Shown here: in pieces, positions 20,689-30,803 of the stretch | Position numbering within the stretch: the first letter of the stretch is position 1 | How the letters are laid out: every line of letters begins with the position of its first letter | Virus record (IMG/VR): IMGVR_UViG_3300035661_000011 | Span: 64,001-128,000 of that record | Reading direction: 5' to 3' (one strand) | Length of the DNA: 64,000 nt | Source of the DNA: a virus | The notes under the pieces: generated by a model | Told to the model about the DNA's origin: nothing | The model's database searches: none | What the model saw: only the letters and a program-made list of their open reading frames with translations | Translations under genes and position numbers: made by a program

Positions 20689-20964
20689 TTACTTATTTTT
20701 TTTGTTACTACCAGATAACTTTTGTATCATCTGGTTAATCTTTCTTTCGTCCTTACGTTTACTCCACCATGCTGTAAACCGCTTATACCCGCTGTACAAT
20801 TGAGCAACACCTAAAACCATACCTACCACATACTTAAGTACATCTGATGCTTCACCAAACTGGTAATTGTCCGTTATTGTTTCATGTACTACATGTACAT
20901 AATCTAAACTGGATTTCACATGATCTAAACTATCTGGCGGTAATGATAACTTATCGATATCCAT
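20689..20964 (-). CDS. Small protein with one hydrophobic helix and basic C-terminus
   Basis: 91 aa, GGAG SD upstream on the - strand. Confidence 0.6.
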   Translation of the reverse strand: MDIDKLSLPPDSLDHVKSSLDYVHVVHETITDNYQFGEASDVLKYVVGMVLGVAQLYSGYKRFTAWWSKRKDERKINQMIQKLSGSNKKNK

Positions 20965-20975
20965 ACAACACTCCG

Positions 20976-21515
20976 TTATGAAATGCTATTAAGCACCCCG
21001 CATATATATAACCCCACAGCAACTGCGTCTATGCTATCGGGGTCTAATAAGTGTGTATTCCCGATAACGTTTTTTATGTTTCTTTCTAAAATCGCTGCTC
21101 TTACCAAAGACTTATCTCCAGACCCACCACTCACAGCTAAGTTCTTTTTAACTAATGCCGCAGGGACACGCTCGAACAACATCGCTTCATCATACTGAAA
21201 CACAGTATTCTCTATCATTGTTAAAACTGCCACTAAAACTTCAAATGCCGCAGGGCGTTTAGGGTTCCAAAATGGTATTTCAGATCCAACCAATGTGGGA
21301 TTAAAAGTCTGTAGTAGCTCAGTAAACTTTATAGCTAAAGCGTGTAACCTAGCATATCTCTCACCGTGTGTATCGACTATATATCCGGACTCCTTTATTA
21401 GTTCATCAGTGAATATAGTTTCAGCGTGTATTATGGTTGGTTCACCAAGTTCGTCGAGTTCTAATATAGCAACCCCACATTTATGTAGTCCTGGATCTAT
21501 AGATAAGATTATCAT
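20976..21515 (-). CDS. ruvC: Holliday junction resolvase, RuvC-like
   Basis: ILSIDPG, catalytic E in VGSEIP, VKK, DSIDAVAVG; start reassigned to ATG at 21515. Confidence 0.85.
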   Translation of the reverse strand: MIILSIDPGLHKCGVAILELDELGEPTIIHAETIFTDELIKESGYIVDTHGERYARLHALAIKFTELLQTFNPTLVGSEIPFWNPKRPAAFEVLVAVLTMIENTVFQYDEAMLFERVPAALVKKNLAVSGGSGDKSLVRAAILERNIKNVIGNTHLLDPDSIDAVAVGLYICGVLNSIS

Positions 21516-21519
21516 TGAA

Positions 21520-22359
21520 TTAAATTGAAACCAATAGAGGTTGAGCAATACCGATGTTAATACCTTCGGTTAAGCTTGGGTTAGGGTTAGAGTTAGCTGG
21601 ATAGACAATTGATATAAAGTTAGCCACCTGTGCACATTGTACTTCGGTGTGTGTGGCCTGTACACCGTTTACTAATAGTGGAGCTTCTACATCAAACCCA
21701 TGAACTAATGCCATTTCTGATATAGTGGCTGCGTTTGCAGTACCGTACAGTAGTATGCATGCGTCAATAATTCCGTTTAAATCAGCTTCAGATAACTGAA
21801 TACTGGTATCTATGGTTGTAGCAATGTGATTACCTGAAACAAGGTTTAAAGATATGTTTGAGGAATCAATCATATTTGGGTTCTGTGTAGCCAACGTTGG
21901 GACATATGTGTTTTGGTTAACCACCACACCACCTTCTAGTTTAAACGTGGTATAACCTATTTGCATAGGTGGAAAATCCAACACTTTTAAGTAGTAAGCG
22001 ATGTACTGGTTGCTGCGTATAGTCAAAGGTACACGTATTCTATACTTTGACATTTCAACTAAAGTCAGATCGTTATTAGCTGGAACAATCAACCACGGTA
22101 ACTGATTCTTTAATGCAGAGTCGGTGCAACTATGCATTAAACCATAAACAAAGTTATCGCCAGTTACCACAGCGTGACCACCATTTCCTACAGCGAGGTA
22201 TTTTATTTCAGGATATCCTTCGGTTGGTGGTGTGGCATAATTGATACCAAATTTATCGTTTAAAGTAGTTCCCGCAGCAGGTGTAAATGGTAATTTGTAT
22301 TTACTTGCTAATGTAGCAAATTGGTCATAAATTGTTGTAACAGCGTTTGCCTTAGACAT
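21520..22359 (-). CDS. Virion structural protein, phiKZ gp127-like
   Basis: TTLNDKFGI, YLAVGNGGH, NDLT...KYRIR, YIAYYLK, ATISE motifs. Confidence 0.75.
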   Translation of the reverse strand: MSKANAVTTIYDQFATLASKYKLPFTPAAGTTLNDKFGINYATPPTEGYPEIKYLAVGNGGHAVVTGDNFVYGLMHSCTDSALKNQLPWLIVPANNDLTLVEMSKYRIRVPLTIRSNQYIAYYLKVLDFPPMQIGYTTFKLEGGVVVNQNTYVPTLATQNPNMIDSSNISLNLVSGNHIATTIDTSIQLSEADLNGIIDACILLYGTANAATISEMALVHGFDVEAPLLVNGVQATHTEVQCAQVANFISIVYPANSNPNPSLTEGINIGIAQPLLVSI

Positions 22360-22370
22360 ATCTGAGTTTC

Positions 22371-24503
22371 CTATTCGGTGAGTGTTGTAATTTGTGGACC
22401 GTTACCTACAATGTAAGATTTGTGGTGCCCATTAAATTTAGAATTTAAAGAAATAAAACTTTCTACAGATGTGTTGTATTGTGCACCTGTGGATTTTATC
22501 GTATAGATAATTCCACTATCTAATAAGTTAGATGTGCCTTCAACGTGTGTGTTTTTTGGCATCACATCTATTGAATCGTCTATGGTCGTAGTGTTCCGTA
22601 TATCAACATACGATACCCGACAGTCGGGTAAGTTAGCAGGTAAAGGTGTGTTATAATTAGTTGCTTCACCAGCTACAAACGTTACAGTGTAACTGCATAT
22701 CTGACTTAGAATATCTAACATATTTGAGTACGGAGATTGTAATGTGGCAGTCTCTATTTCAATTGCCATAAACTTATTTGAAATCTGCACAATTAATTCT
22801 CTATATGTAAAGTCCGTCCACTTACTAGAGTTCAACCTAATGCGATTTAAAAAATCACTATACTTGGTCTCTGCACAAAATGTACATTTCACATCATTAT
22901 AAAACGACCATATTAAAGACAATGCTTCAGACCTAGCTATGTAATCTGATTCTTGTGAAACAACTATTAAATGTAAAAACTTATTGGAAATTACCCCATC
23001 CATATAGTTTGAAAACTCAGATAGCGAATACGCTTTCTTTGCCACAGTCTGGAACTTGTTTATAGTTGAGTAAACATCAAAGTTATCCCCATATTGAAAT
23101 TTAGCTTCCAGTAAACCACGTATTGTGGATTCTGGATAGTTGGGTTTAACCATTATGTCTTTTACCCAAAACTCTGGAATGTTAACTGTATCACTTAGTG
23201 ATAGCTGAGCATTGGCGTATAGATACAATACAGCAGCGTCTTTCGCTGTTAGTAATAAATTGGTTATACCAACGTCAACCAAGTCGATAGATATTTTAAA
23301 CTTAATATAATCGATGCTAGTTAAATAAAACCAATTGTTAACATGTTCCAGTGTCTTGTTAACTAAATCTAACGCAACATTATTTGCAACATTCCCTTCA
23401 ATTACACCAGTTAGTATATCGTTCGATACAGAGCTGTTAGAGTCATTTATTAAGGCTAAGGTATCCAACTCTATTACTTTCTTATTATCGACGCCTGTAG
23501 AGGCTAATAGGTTGACAAAATCACCAGGTGTTAACTGAGTCACTCGTCCAGATTCTAAAACGTTTTCACCGTATGGAAATTTATAAACTCCAACATCACC
23601 AACTAAATCTGTCAGTTTACCAGACTTTAAATGTTTATGTGCAGTAATAAAGTTTTTTCTTACTGTAAACGCAGATAAGTCTAAGTTAAACGGTTTAGCA
23701 AATCCATCATTTAAAAAGTCTAAAATTTTAGTAGTTCCAGAATTAGCAATAATGTATTCAATATTTCTATAAAGGAATAACGCTTGTCCGTAAGGTATTA
23801 CACCTTTGTGTTTAGATAAATCAAAATATCCACTTAGATAGTTCCACACGTGCCATTCGTTAACATACGGTGTTTTACAATTCTCCAATCTAATGTTAAC
23901 AATCTCCATCGGTAATGTAACAAATAGAATCCCAATTATTGCAGCTGGGTACAGGTGGTCTGTTAAACCGTAGTTAACGTTATCAAACCTATATATAAAA
24001 CGATCAATGTAACCTTGTACTTTCGGTATAACATTTGTTTCATTATAGTTTAATAGTAAACGGTTATAATGTAGGATTTGATAGTCAGCAGCTTCAATAG
24101 ACACATCCAATGGAATGGGGTCAATTATACCGCGTATTAAAATGTCATCGTTTGGGTATTTCAGTAATATGTTTTTGTATGTGTCACCTAGTGTACGTAA
24201 TTCTGATAACGTTTCTGGATTGTTAACTAACGATTGTGTATTAAACGGTATCATTTCATCTAAGTCCAATGAATACACAACCATATCAGTTGGGTCACTA
24301 TTATAATTATTTTGACCAACGTAAGCTATACCAGCTAGATTTAAGTAATATTTCCAGCTAGTGCGTTCCACCGGAATAACTTCGTTATTTAATTGTAAAA
24401 CCGTATTAATTGCCTTAGCGGTGTAATTAGATTTTACAATAAAACTATCCACTAACCGGATAGTGTTTGACACATAGTTAAAGTATTCAGTTGATACTAA
24501 CAT
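22371..24503 (-). CDS. Virion structural (baseplate wedge-like) protein, phiKZ gp128-like
   Basis: WKYYLNLAG, NIRLENCKT, QALFLYRNIEYI motifs; probable start ATG 24503; divergent from portal. Confidence 0.75.
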   Translation of the reverse strand: MLVSTEYFNYVSNTIRLVDSFIVKSNYTAKAINTVLQLNNEVIPVERTSWKYYLNLAGIAYVGQNNYNSDPTDMVVYSLDLDEMIPFNTQSLVNNPETLSELRTLGDTYKNILLKYPNDDILIRGIIDPIPLDVSIEAADYQILHYNRLLLNYNETNVIPKVQGYIDRFIYRFDNVNYGLTDHLYPAAIIGILFVTLPMEIVNIRLENCKTPYVNEWHVWNYLSGYFDLSKHKGVIPYGQALFLYRNIEYIIANSGTTKILDFLNDGFAKPFNLDLSAFTVRKNFITAHKHLKSGKLTDLVGDVGVYKFPYGENVLESGRVTQLTPGDFVNLLASTGVDNKKVIELDTLALINDSNSSVSNDILTGVIEGNVANNVALDLVNKTLEHVNNWFYLTSIDYIKFKISIDLVDVGITNLLLTAKDAAVLYLYANAQLSLSDTVNIPEFWVKDIMVKPNYPESTIRGLLEAKFQYGDNFDVYSTINKFQTVAKKAYSLSEFSNYMDGVISNKFLHLIVVSQESDYIARSEALSLIWSFYNDVKCTFCAETKYSDFLNRIRLNSSKWTDFTYRELIVQISNKFMAIEIETATLQSPYSNMLDILSQICSYTVTFVAGEATNYNTPLPANLPDCRVSYVDIRNTTTIDDSIDVMPKNTHVEGTSNLLDSGIIYTIKSTGAQYNTSVESFISLNSKFNGHHKSYIVGNGPQITTLTE

Positions 24504-24541
24504 GGCTAACTCTTTTTTTATTTTAAGTAAAGGAAAAACGT

Positions 24542-27301
24542 ATGAAAAAAACAAACATACACCCGGACAATACAGCGTCCACAAAAGATTCTTTAAATCG
24601 ATTAAGTCGCGTTGCTAAACTTCCAATTACAGACATGGTAACGCCCACACTACGGCAACAAAGTAGTAACGTGAACATGGCACTCCCACACTTGCGAAGT
24701 ATGGTAGAACAGCACTCTGAACAGAATGCAGATTCAGAAAATATATTTCACCTACTACCTGATTTAGAAATAGCTAAACAAACTTTAGTAGATAATATTC
24801 TTTCTCCAACTGATTTACAGGAGGGTAACCTTAGTATAGGGTTACACAAAGAAGCACCTGCTGAAATGAACGAAATGATTCGAGTACATTTTAGTTCAGA
24901 TAACGGCTACAATTACAATAAGAAACAACCTTTATTTATTGAACAAGCTTTAGTGACAATTGGAAGTGTGGCACTATTACCAGTTCCACCAAGTGCTATA
25001 CGTAAAATCATTCATGACAACACATATGGTTTAGAAAATATAGGTGGAACTTATAGATTTAACAAAGGGGTTTACAACTGTATCCCCCTTGGTACATTAG
25101 CTAATATAAGACCAAACCAAACTGTAACCCAAACCTTATATTCTCAAACAGCAGAAAAGATTAAATCGTATTCCTTAGAAAGTGCATTAGACGATACTGT
25201 AGCCGCAATTACTAAAGGTGTAGGTGCCGATAATTTAGCTAATAATAACACAGCGACTGAGCTAGTTAACACCTATAATGAACTTAAAAGTGAAATGTCT
25301 AAGTTTAATGAAACCCAAACACTTGTGGAACTTACAGACAATCCAGCGTATATTTTTCACGGTATGATTTCTAAGTCGATTAAAGACTATAACATTAAAA
25401 CAAAGTTAGCTTTAGGTTGGGGATTAGAGTCTGCTGAAGATAAAAAAAGTCCATTAGCAGAATACCGTGATAGAAGTGTCAAAATGTTACCGTATATGGA
25501 ACTGCTATTCAATAAGGATAAAGTTGATACATTAAATCCAATTGTAATTCATTGGCCATCTGAGTCAGTGATACCGATTTTAAATCCCACTACAAGAGAG
25601 CACATTGCATACTACCTAGTTGCAGATTTAGATGGTCAACCGTTACGTTGCTGTAATTATCAGAACCGATATAGACAATTAAGTGACAAATTGGATAAAA
25701 CTGTTCACGATCAAGCTATGACCGTCAACTACACATTCGGCGTATCGTATCCGGGTTCTAACACAGTAGCTATGAACGAGAGAAGTAATTCTGCTGTTCT
25801 TTTATCCGCATACCAAGAAAGATTTGAAAGAGAATTAAAAGAAGTAATTAGTAATGGTGATTTAGGTGCAGAGGTAGATATAGCTAAAGTGCCAGATATT
25901 TATAGAATGATGTTTACTCGCCAGTTAGAGAAACAGGCCACTCGAGTAATTTATGTACCGGTTGACAGATTGTCATATATGGCGTATAACTATTCACCAG
26001 AGGGAGTTGGTATATCGTTAATAGAAAAGACTAAACTATATTCTTCATTTAGAGCAGTTTTAATATTTGCTCAGTTAATGGCAGCAGTTAAATCTTCAAT
26101 TAACCGTAGTCACTTAACTATTACTTTGGATGATAAAGAGATAGACCCACGTGGTACGGTCGAGATGGTTAGAAACGAAATGGCTAATCTACAAGCTGAT
26201 GGGTTTCCTGTTTATAAATTTCAATCACAGGACATCATTGACAGTATCCTTAAAGCTGGTATGCAAACCACAGTCAATGGTGCGCAGTATCCAAACACTA
26301 GTGTGGAGTTAGTAGAAAGTAAACGAGATGTATCTGCGCCAGCTACAGACCTCCAGGATATGCTTAAAGAGATGCAATATCAAGGTTGGGGATTATCATT
26401 GGACTTATTAGAAAAAGCTAATCAGATTGATTTCATGGGACAGATTGATAATATTAATTTATTACAATCAAAACGTATGTTAGGTAAGCAAGCCGTAACG
26501 TGTGAACGTGGTGCTAATTTTATTAAAACGTATTTAAGATGTGGTGGTAAATTCTATAATGAGTTGAAAGCGGTACGTGATAGTGCTAAATGTCAACTTA
26601 CTATGGAAGAAATAATTGAAAGTGTTACACTGATTCTTCCTAAAGCAGATTATGCTCAACATAAAGCACAAGCCACAGCGTTTACCGATTACACTACATT
26701 CATAACCGATGTGATGGATTCGGTGGTTAGTGATTCTGAATTAGGTAGTTTGTTAAAAGGTGAAAATGTATCTTCTGATATAGCTGGAGTTAAAACCATT
26801 CTAATTAATGAGTTGAGACGTAGATATTTAAAATCACGAAACATATTACCAGAGTTGTTTGAATTGGTGAGTGACCCAGAGAAAACGTTAAAGGGTATTC
26901 TTGAAGAACACGTTAAAACTAATGTCTCTATAGTTGGAGATTTAGCAAACATGGTAGCAAAAGAAGAGAAGAAAGTAGATGATAAAATTCAAGAGGCGGC
27001 AGATAAACTAAACCCACCAGCACCAGAAGATGATGCTGGAACCGATGGTGCTATAGATGGTGATGCTGGTGACGAGGGTGGTTCTGATGATGGTGATGTT
27101 AATGACATGGCAACAGATGATGCAGATTTAGATGTAGATGGCGGAGATGACGATACATCATTGGATGACACTGCTGTGGATGACGGTACTAGTGCTGACG
27201 ATACTTCTGATGATACAGAAGATGATTCGGATACCGAAGATGACGATACTGCTAGTAGTGACGATGATACAACTGAAGATAAGGATACAAAAGACAAGTA
27301 A
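24542..27301 (+). CDS. Portal protein (phiKZ gp129-like)
   Basis: 919 aa; IFHLLPDLEIAKQTLVDNILSP, PSESVIP, YRMMFTR, YMAYNY..EGVGISL motifs; Asp-rich C-terminal tail. Confidence 0.8.
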   Translation: MKKTNIHPDNTASTKDSLNRLSRVAKLPITDMVTPTLRQQSSNVNMALPHLRSMVEQHSEQNADSENIFHLLPDLEIAKQTLVDNILSPTDLQEGNLSIGLHKEAPAEMNEMIRVHFSSDNGYNYNKKQPLFIEQALVTIGSVALLPVPPSAIRKIIHDNTYGLENIGGTYRFNKGVYNCIPLGTLANIRPNQTVTQTLYSQTAEKIKSYSLESALDDTVAAITKGVGADNLANNNTATELVNTYNELKSEMSKFNETQTLVELTDNPAYIFHGMISKSIKDYNIKTKLALGWGLESAEDKKSPLAEYRDRSVKMLPYMELLFNKDKVDTLNPIVIHWPSESVIPILNPTTREHIAYYLVADLDGQPLRCCNYQNRYRQLSDKLDKTVHDQAMTVNYTFGVSYPGSNTVAMNERSNSAVLLSAYQERFERELKEVISNGDLGAEVDIAKVPDIYRMMFTRQLEKQATRVIYVPVDRLSYMAYNYSPEGVGISLIEKTKLYSSFRAVLIFAQLMAAVKSSINRSHLTITLDDKEIDPRGTVEMVRNEMANLQADGFPVYKFQSQDIIDSILKAGMQTTVNGAQYPNTSVELVESKRDVSAPATDLQDMLKEMQYQGWGLSLDLLEKANQIDFMGQIDNINLLQSKRMLGKQAVTCERGANFIKTYLRCGGKFYNELKAVRDSAKCQLTMEEIIESVTLILPKADYAQHKAQATAFTDYTTFITDVMDSVVSDSELGSLLKGENVSSDIAGVKTILINELRRRYLKSRNILPELFELVSDPEKTLKGILEEHVKTNVSIVGDLANMVAKEEKKVDDKIQEAADKLNPPAPEDDAGTDGAIDGDAGDEGGSDDGDVNDMATDDADLDVDGGDDDTSLDDTAVDDGTSADDTSDDTEDDSDTEDDDTASSDDDTTEDKDTKDK

Positions 27302-27315
27302 CCGAATACAAACTT

Positions 27316-27330
27316 AAACATATATTATCT
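27316..27330 (+). promoter_or_regulatory. Putative early promoter motif, copy 4
   Basis: AAACATATATTATCT exact. Confidence 0.75.
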
Positions 27331-27365
27331 GATAGAGTCATGTAAGAAATTACATGACTCTATCA
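27330..27365 (+). terminator. 16-bp stem with GAAA loop abutting promoter copy 4
   Basis: TGATAGAGTCATGTAA GAAA TTACATGACTCTATCA; terminator of the portal unit or a 5' leader hairpin. Confidence 0.55.
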
Positions 27366-27818
27366 TTTAAAATTACAATGGAGACACACGTGGCAGAAAA
27401 CGAATTCAAATTTAAAAAGCTAGTAGTTGGCTCAGATATAACACGACAGTTAAACTTAAAAACAAATCCTACAAATGGACACAGTCTACCAATTGTTATA
27501 AACCAGTTGTCAATGTATCATAAAGACGTGGCGTATCCAACTCGTATGTTTGCATCAGAGGAAGACGTATGTGGGTTAGTATCTGGGGACATTGGTAACT
27601 ACATAGTCATTTGGTCAACTGGCACTGTGAAGTGTGTAGCGCAGCGCAAACACATTTCTAGTGCACACGGCACGTATCGATACGTTCGGACTAGTCAGTT
27701 AGATAAAGAAAGCGTTATAAGACTTAATAACTATCTACAACAAGTCGAAATAATTATGACCGAACGTTTACAAGAATTAACTTCAACTGACACAATAGTT
27801 TACACCAACGAATTATAA
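27354..27818 (+). CDS. Hypothetical protein, single copy of the expanded early domain (start may be ATG 27378)
   Basis: Shares DITRQLNLKT, RKHISSAHGT and LDKESVIRLNNYL with repeats of 55596..57272. Confidence 0.65.
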   Translation: MTLSFKITMETHVAENEFKFKKLVVGSDITRQLNLKTNPTNGHSLPIVINQLSMYHKDVAYPTRMFASEEDVCGLVSGDIGNYIVIWSTGTVKCVAQRKHISSAHGTYRYVRTSQLDKESVIRLNNYLQQVEIIMTERLQELTSTDTIVYTNEL

Positions 27819-27838
27819 ACTTTTAAAAGGATATTTTC

Positions 27839-28438
27839 ATGAAAACTACTTTATTAATTATATTTACTATTTTGATTAATTGTGAGTGCCACATCGGTTA
27901 TAGCAAATCTATTAAACCGCCTTTAACTGAAACTTACAAAGCTGTTATTACAAACACGCAATATGATATTGATTTTAAGAAACATGGAAACAATAAACAT
28001 TATGCGGATGCAAAGTTGTTAAAGTCGGTATGTGGAGTGGAATCAAAATTTGATGTAAAAGCAAAATCTAAGAAGGGAGCCAGTGGTATCTGTCAGATTA
28101 TGCCCAAGACATGGAAATACATAGCGAGTAAAAATAAAACTTTACCAGCACATGACACAAAAGTTCCGAGTCAATCTATTGAAGTGGCATCGTTAGTAAT
28201 TGATGATGCAGCAAATACTTGGAAAAAATTACCAAAGGGAAGAAATAAAACCGCTGTAGTTTTAGCATCCTATAACGCAGGGCCAACTAATATCAAGAAA
28301 GCATCTAAGCGATGTAATAGTACCAACTTTGCAGTGTTACAAAAGTGTTTACCTAAGATAACTTCTAAGTCACACGCAAAAGAAACAATTAACTATGTAG
28401 CTTCTGTACAAGAGCTATATAAAAAACTACCTTTATAA
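27839..28438 (+). CDS. Lytic transglycosylase (SLT family) with N-terminal signal-like sequence
   Basis: VES catalytic motif, GASGICQIMPKT, LASYNAG, ETINYV; hydrophobic MKTTLLIIFTILI N-terminus. Confidence 0.85.
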   Translation: MKTTLLIIFTILINCECHIGYSKSIKPPLTETYKAVITNTQYDIDFKKHGNNKHYADAKLLKSVCGVESKFDVKAKSKKGASGICQIMPKTWKYIASKNKTLPAHDTKVPSQSIEVASLVIDDAANTWKKLPKGRNKTAVVLASYNAGPTNIKKASKRCNSTNFAVLQKCLPKITSKSHAKETINYVASVQELYKKLPL

Positions 28439-28451
28439 TTAGGAGAACGAC

Positions 28452-28877
28452 ATGGAAAAGATAAATGGTGGTGGGCTGGATAATTTAATCGGTAGATTAG
28501 TGCGGTATAAAGATGCAGCCAATTACTGGAAATTAACCGAACCGATGTGGGTGTTAGGCTGGTACATCGACAAATGTGTAACGTTGGTGTTAGTTGATGT
28601 GGATAACAAAACACATGAACAAGACCTATCGGTGTGTATATTCGAAGCACCACTTGTGACCGATAAACCTAGTAATAACATTGTGCACCACGCTGGGTTA
28701 AATTCGTTAATAGGTAAACGAGTTTCACACACTAGCCCAGCAGGCCCAACCGTTATTTCAGTTGTGTTTGACTGGTATAGGGATAGCAATGGTGAAGTTA
28801 GATTAATACTCACGGATGAGCACGGGTTTTTAAAATATAATATTTGTGTTGAAAACAGTAAAGTGTTAGACGAATAG
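28452..28877 (+). CDS. Hypothetical protein with two internal repeats
   Basis: GLDNLIGRLVRY..VLGWYID..VTLVLVD versus GLNSLIGKRVSH..VFDWYRD..VRLILTD; AGGAG SD. Confidence 0.65.
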   Translation: MEKINGGGLDNLIGRLVRYKDAANYWKLTEPMWVLGWYIDKCVTLVLVDVDNKTHEQDLSVCIFEAPLVTDKPSNNIVHHAGLNSLIGKRVSHTSPAGPTVISVVFDWYRDSNGEVRLILTDEHGFLKYNICVENSKVLDE

Positions 28878-28883
28878 AACCTA

Positions 28884-28913
28884 GTAATAGGGAGCATTAA
28901 TGCTCCCTATTAC
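28884..28913. terminator. 30-bp perfect palindrome between convergent genes
   Basis: GTAATAGGGAGCATT|AATGCTCCCTATTAC then a long T-run. Confidence 0.75.
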
Positions 28914-28935
28914 ATAAGTCTTTTTTTTTTACATT

Positions 28936-29409
28936 TTAAATTATTGGAATTGGTAAGTCAGCTAACGCAGTGATAATATCTGGATATGACAACTCTTTCT
29001 CTTTAATTTTATAAGCGCGTATTTGACAATCAATTACCCACTTGTTTAATATAACCGCTTCATCCTGATACTCATTACTAAACAGTGCAAGTTTACTAAC
29101 CTCGTCTACATCTTTAAACTTGAATGTATCATTCGTGACAGTCTTTACAATGAACGTTTCTATTTCCATAGCCAACTTTAAATGACTACGATCGTTTTCA
29201 TTTGTTATAGGTTTACCGTCAGCAGAAACCCCAAGTGTTCTCCCAGCTATCAACCCGTTTCGCACAGTTAGATACTCGACTAATGTAACAGGTACTACGT
29301 CATCTGGATAAGACTTATGTATCTTTGAACTATAAAATCCAAATGTAGACTTAGAGAAGAATAACTCCTCTCCAATTTCTTTAACTAATTTAGTGTTTTC
29401 ATCAGTCAT
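28936..29409 (-). CDS. Tail fibre assembly/chaperone-like protein
   Basis: FFSKSTFGFYSSKIH..YPDDVVPVTLVEY..L..G...G..DGKP pattern of tail fibre assembly proteins; ATG 29409 coupled to the fibre stop. Confidence 0.7.
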   Translation of the reverse strand: MTDENTKLVKEIGEELFFSKSTFGFYSSKIHKSYPDDVVPVTLVEYLTVRNGLIAGRTLGVSADGKPITNENDRSHLKLAMEIETFIVKTVTNDTFKFKDVDEVSKLALFSNEYQDEAVILNKWVIDCQIRAYKIKEKELSYPDIITALADLPIPII

Positions 29410-30725
29410 GACACCCTCCCTAATAAGAATACCCACCCTTCAAGGCTATGGTTACCAGTAGTGGCTATATATATACCGGAGTTTGGATATGGAAAGTATT
29501 CTTGATCCAACCCAAGACTAGCATCTACATTGCTAATGACACCACCAGTGCACCACGCTAATGGCGGCGATATAAATGCTAAATTAAACCATATGGTCAC
29601 CTGTCCATCAAGGTACGTTATGTACGGGGTTTGAATCCACTGTAAACACCATCCACCGTATAAATACTTTATTCCTCCAGCAGGGTAACCTACAGCTGCA
29701 AACGAGTTATATATCTCAGTTCTAATAGCGTTATCACGAGAAACCAAATCGTTATACAGTGTAGCGTCTCTATCAAATAACGTTTGATACAAACTGGTAG
29801 CTCTATCGTACGTCGTATTGTAGTTATTCGTTATAGTGGTGTTTAATGTAGCTACAGCGTTATCTATTTTAGAGTTTAATGTAGCTACAGCTGTATTGAT
29901 TTTAGCATCTAATACAGCTCGATTAGTTTCTATAAGTGCATTAACTGCGACTATAAGTTTGTTAAATACAGCGGTCGCATTTTGTGCTACACCTAACGAT
30001 GACCAAGCCCTAGGCGTTGTGTCAGTACCAGCTTCTGCTACAGCTTGTGTAGGGATACTAGATTTTAACACATATCCGCTGAGGTCAGGTGGAACATAAC
30101 TAGCATTTAAAGAATCGACTTTACTTTGAACAAACCCTAAATCGTTAGCTACAGAATCCACTCTATCCATTAAATCATTAAATATCACTGCTGGAGAAAG
30201 TGTAGTTCGTGATATACTTCCAAGTAATCTACTCAGTAGAAATATAGTTCTTCCGTTATTAAATATATCTGGACGAACAGTATCTGCACTTACGACATAA
30301 TCCCCTTCAAGCGATTTCCACGAATTAAGATCTAGTCTATCAAAACTTCCTAAGTCAACAATTTGTTGCAATAGAATAGCGTCATTTTCGCACCCTACGG
30401 CTTGATAATTAATTGTAGCACTAGACCATAGGCTAACGTCTTTTAAAAGGATGTAGCTATATACAATCGCTCCAATGACATCAATTTGTTTACTGTAAGG
30501 TGGTGACCATTCGAAATCTACATTTGGAACCAATGGAACAGTTACATTGTCTGATAAACGTATGGCGGTTACAGTGAATCCATTTTGATAAAATGCACCT
30601 TGTTTTGGAAAGATAGCACATTGGGTGATTGGAAACACTACTTCATTTTTTATGTTGTTACCCACTAATGTACCACTAGGGTCATAGACCACAGTAATCG
30701 CATTGGGTGTTGGTGGTGTAGGCAT
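29406..30725 (-). CDS. Tail fibre protein 1
   Basis: N-terminal YDPSG....N...NE phiKZ-type anchor, central heptad repeats, C-terminal GGWCLQW...FNLAF fibre-tip domain. Confidence 0.75.
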   Translation of the reverse strand: MPTPPTPNAITVVYDPSGTLVGNNIKNEVVFPITQCAIFPKQGAFYQNGFTVTAIRLSDNVTVPLVPNVDFEWSPPYSKQIDVIGAIVYSYILLKDVSLWSSATINYQAVGCENDAILLQQIVDLGSFDRLDLNSWKSLEGDYVVSADTVRPDIFNNGRTIFLLSRLLGSISRTTLSPAVIFNDLMDRVDSVANDLGFVQSKVDSLNASYVPPDLSGYVLKSSIPTQAVAEAGTDTTPRAWSSLGVAQNATAVFNKLIVAVNALIETNRAVLDAKINTAVATLNSKIDNAVATLNTTITNNYNTTYDRATSLYQTLFDRDATLYNDLVSRDNAIRTEIYNSFAAVGYPAGGIKYLYGGWCLQWIQTPYITYLDGQVTIWFNLAFISPPLAWCTGGVISNVDASLGLDQEYFPYPNSGIYIATTGNHSLEGWVFLLGRVS

Positions 30726-30788
30726 CTAAGACTCCTAAGGTTAAGTTATGCAACACATGATAACCTTGTGATAACTCAATAAATACTT

Positions 30789-30803
30789 ATTTATATATCA
30801 TCT
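30789..30803 (+). promoter_or_regulatory. Putative early promoter motif, copy 5 (variant)
   Basis: ATTTATATATCATCT upstream of a + strand cassette inside the - strand tail region. Confidence 0.55.

Noticed and set aside
27020-27298. Asp-rich low-complexity tract as a DNA mimic or tandem repeat element
   Set aside because: It is the in-frame acidic tail of the portal gene, a feature expected in phiKZ gp129-like proteins; no exact nucleotide periodicity.
29842-29891. 17-bp direct repeat TTTAATGTAGCTACAGC
   Set aside because: Explained by duplicated coiled-coil units (AVATLN) within tail fibre 1.
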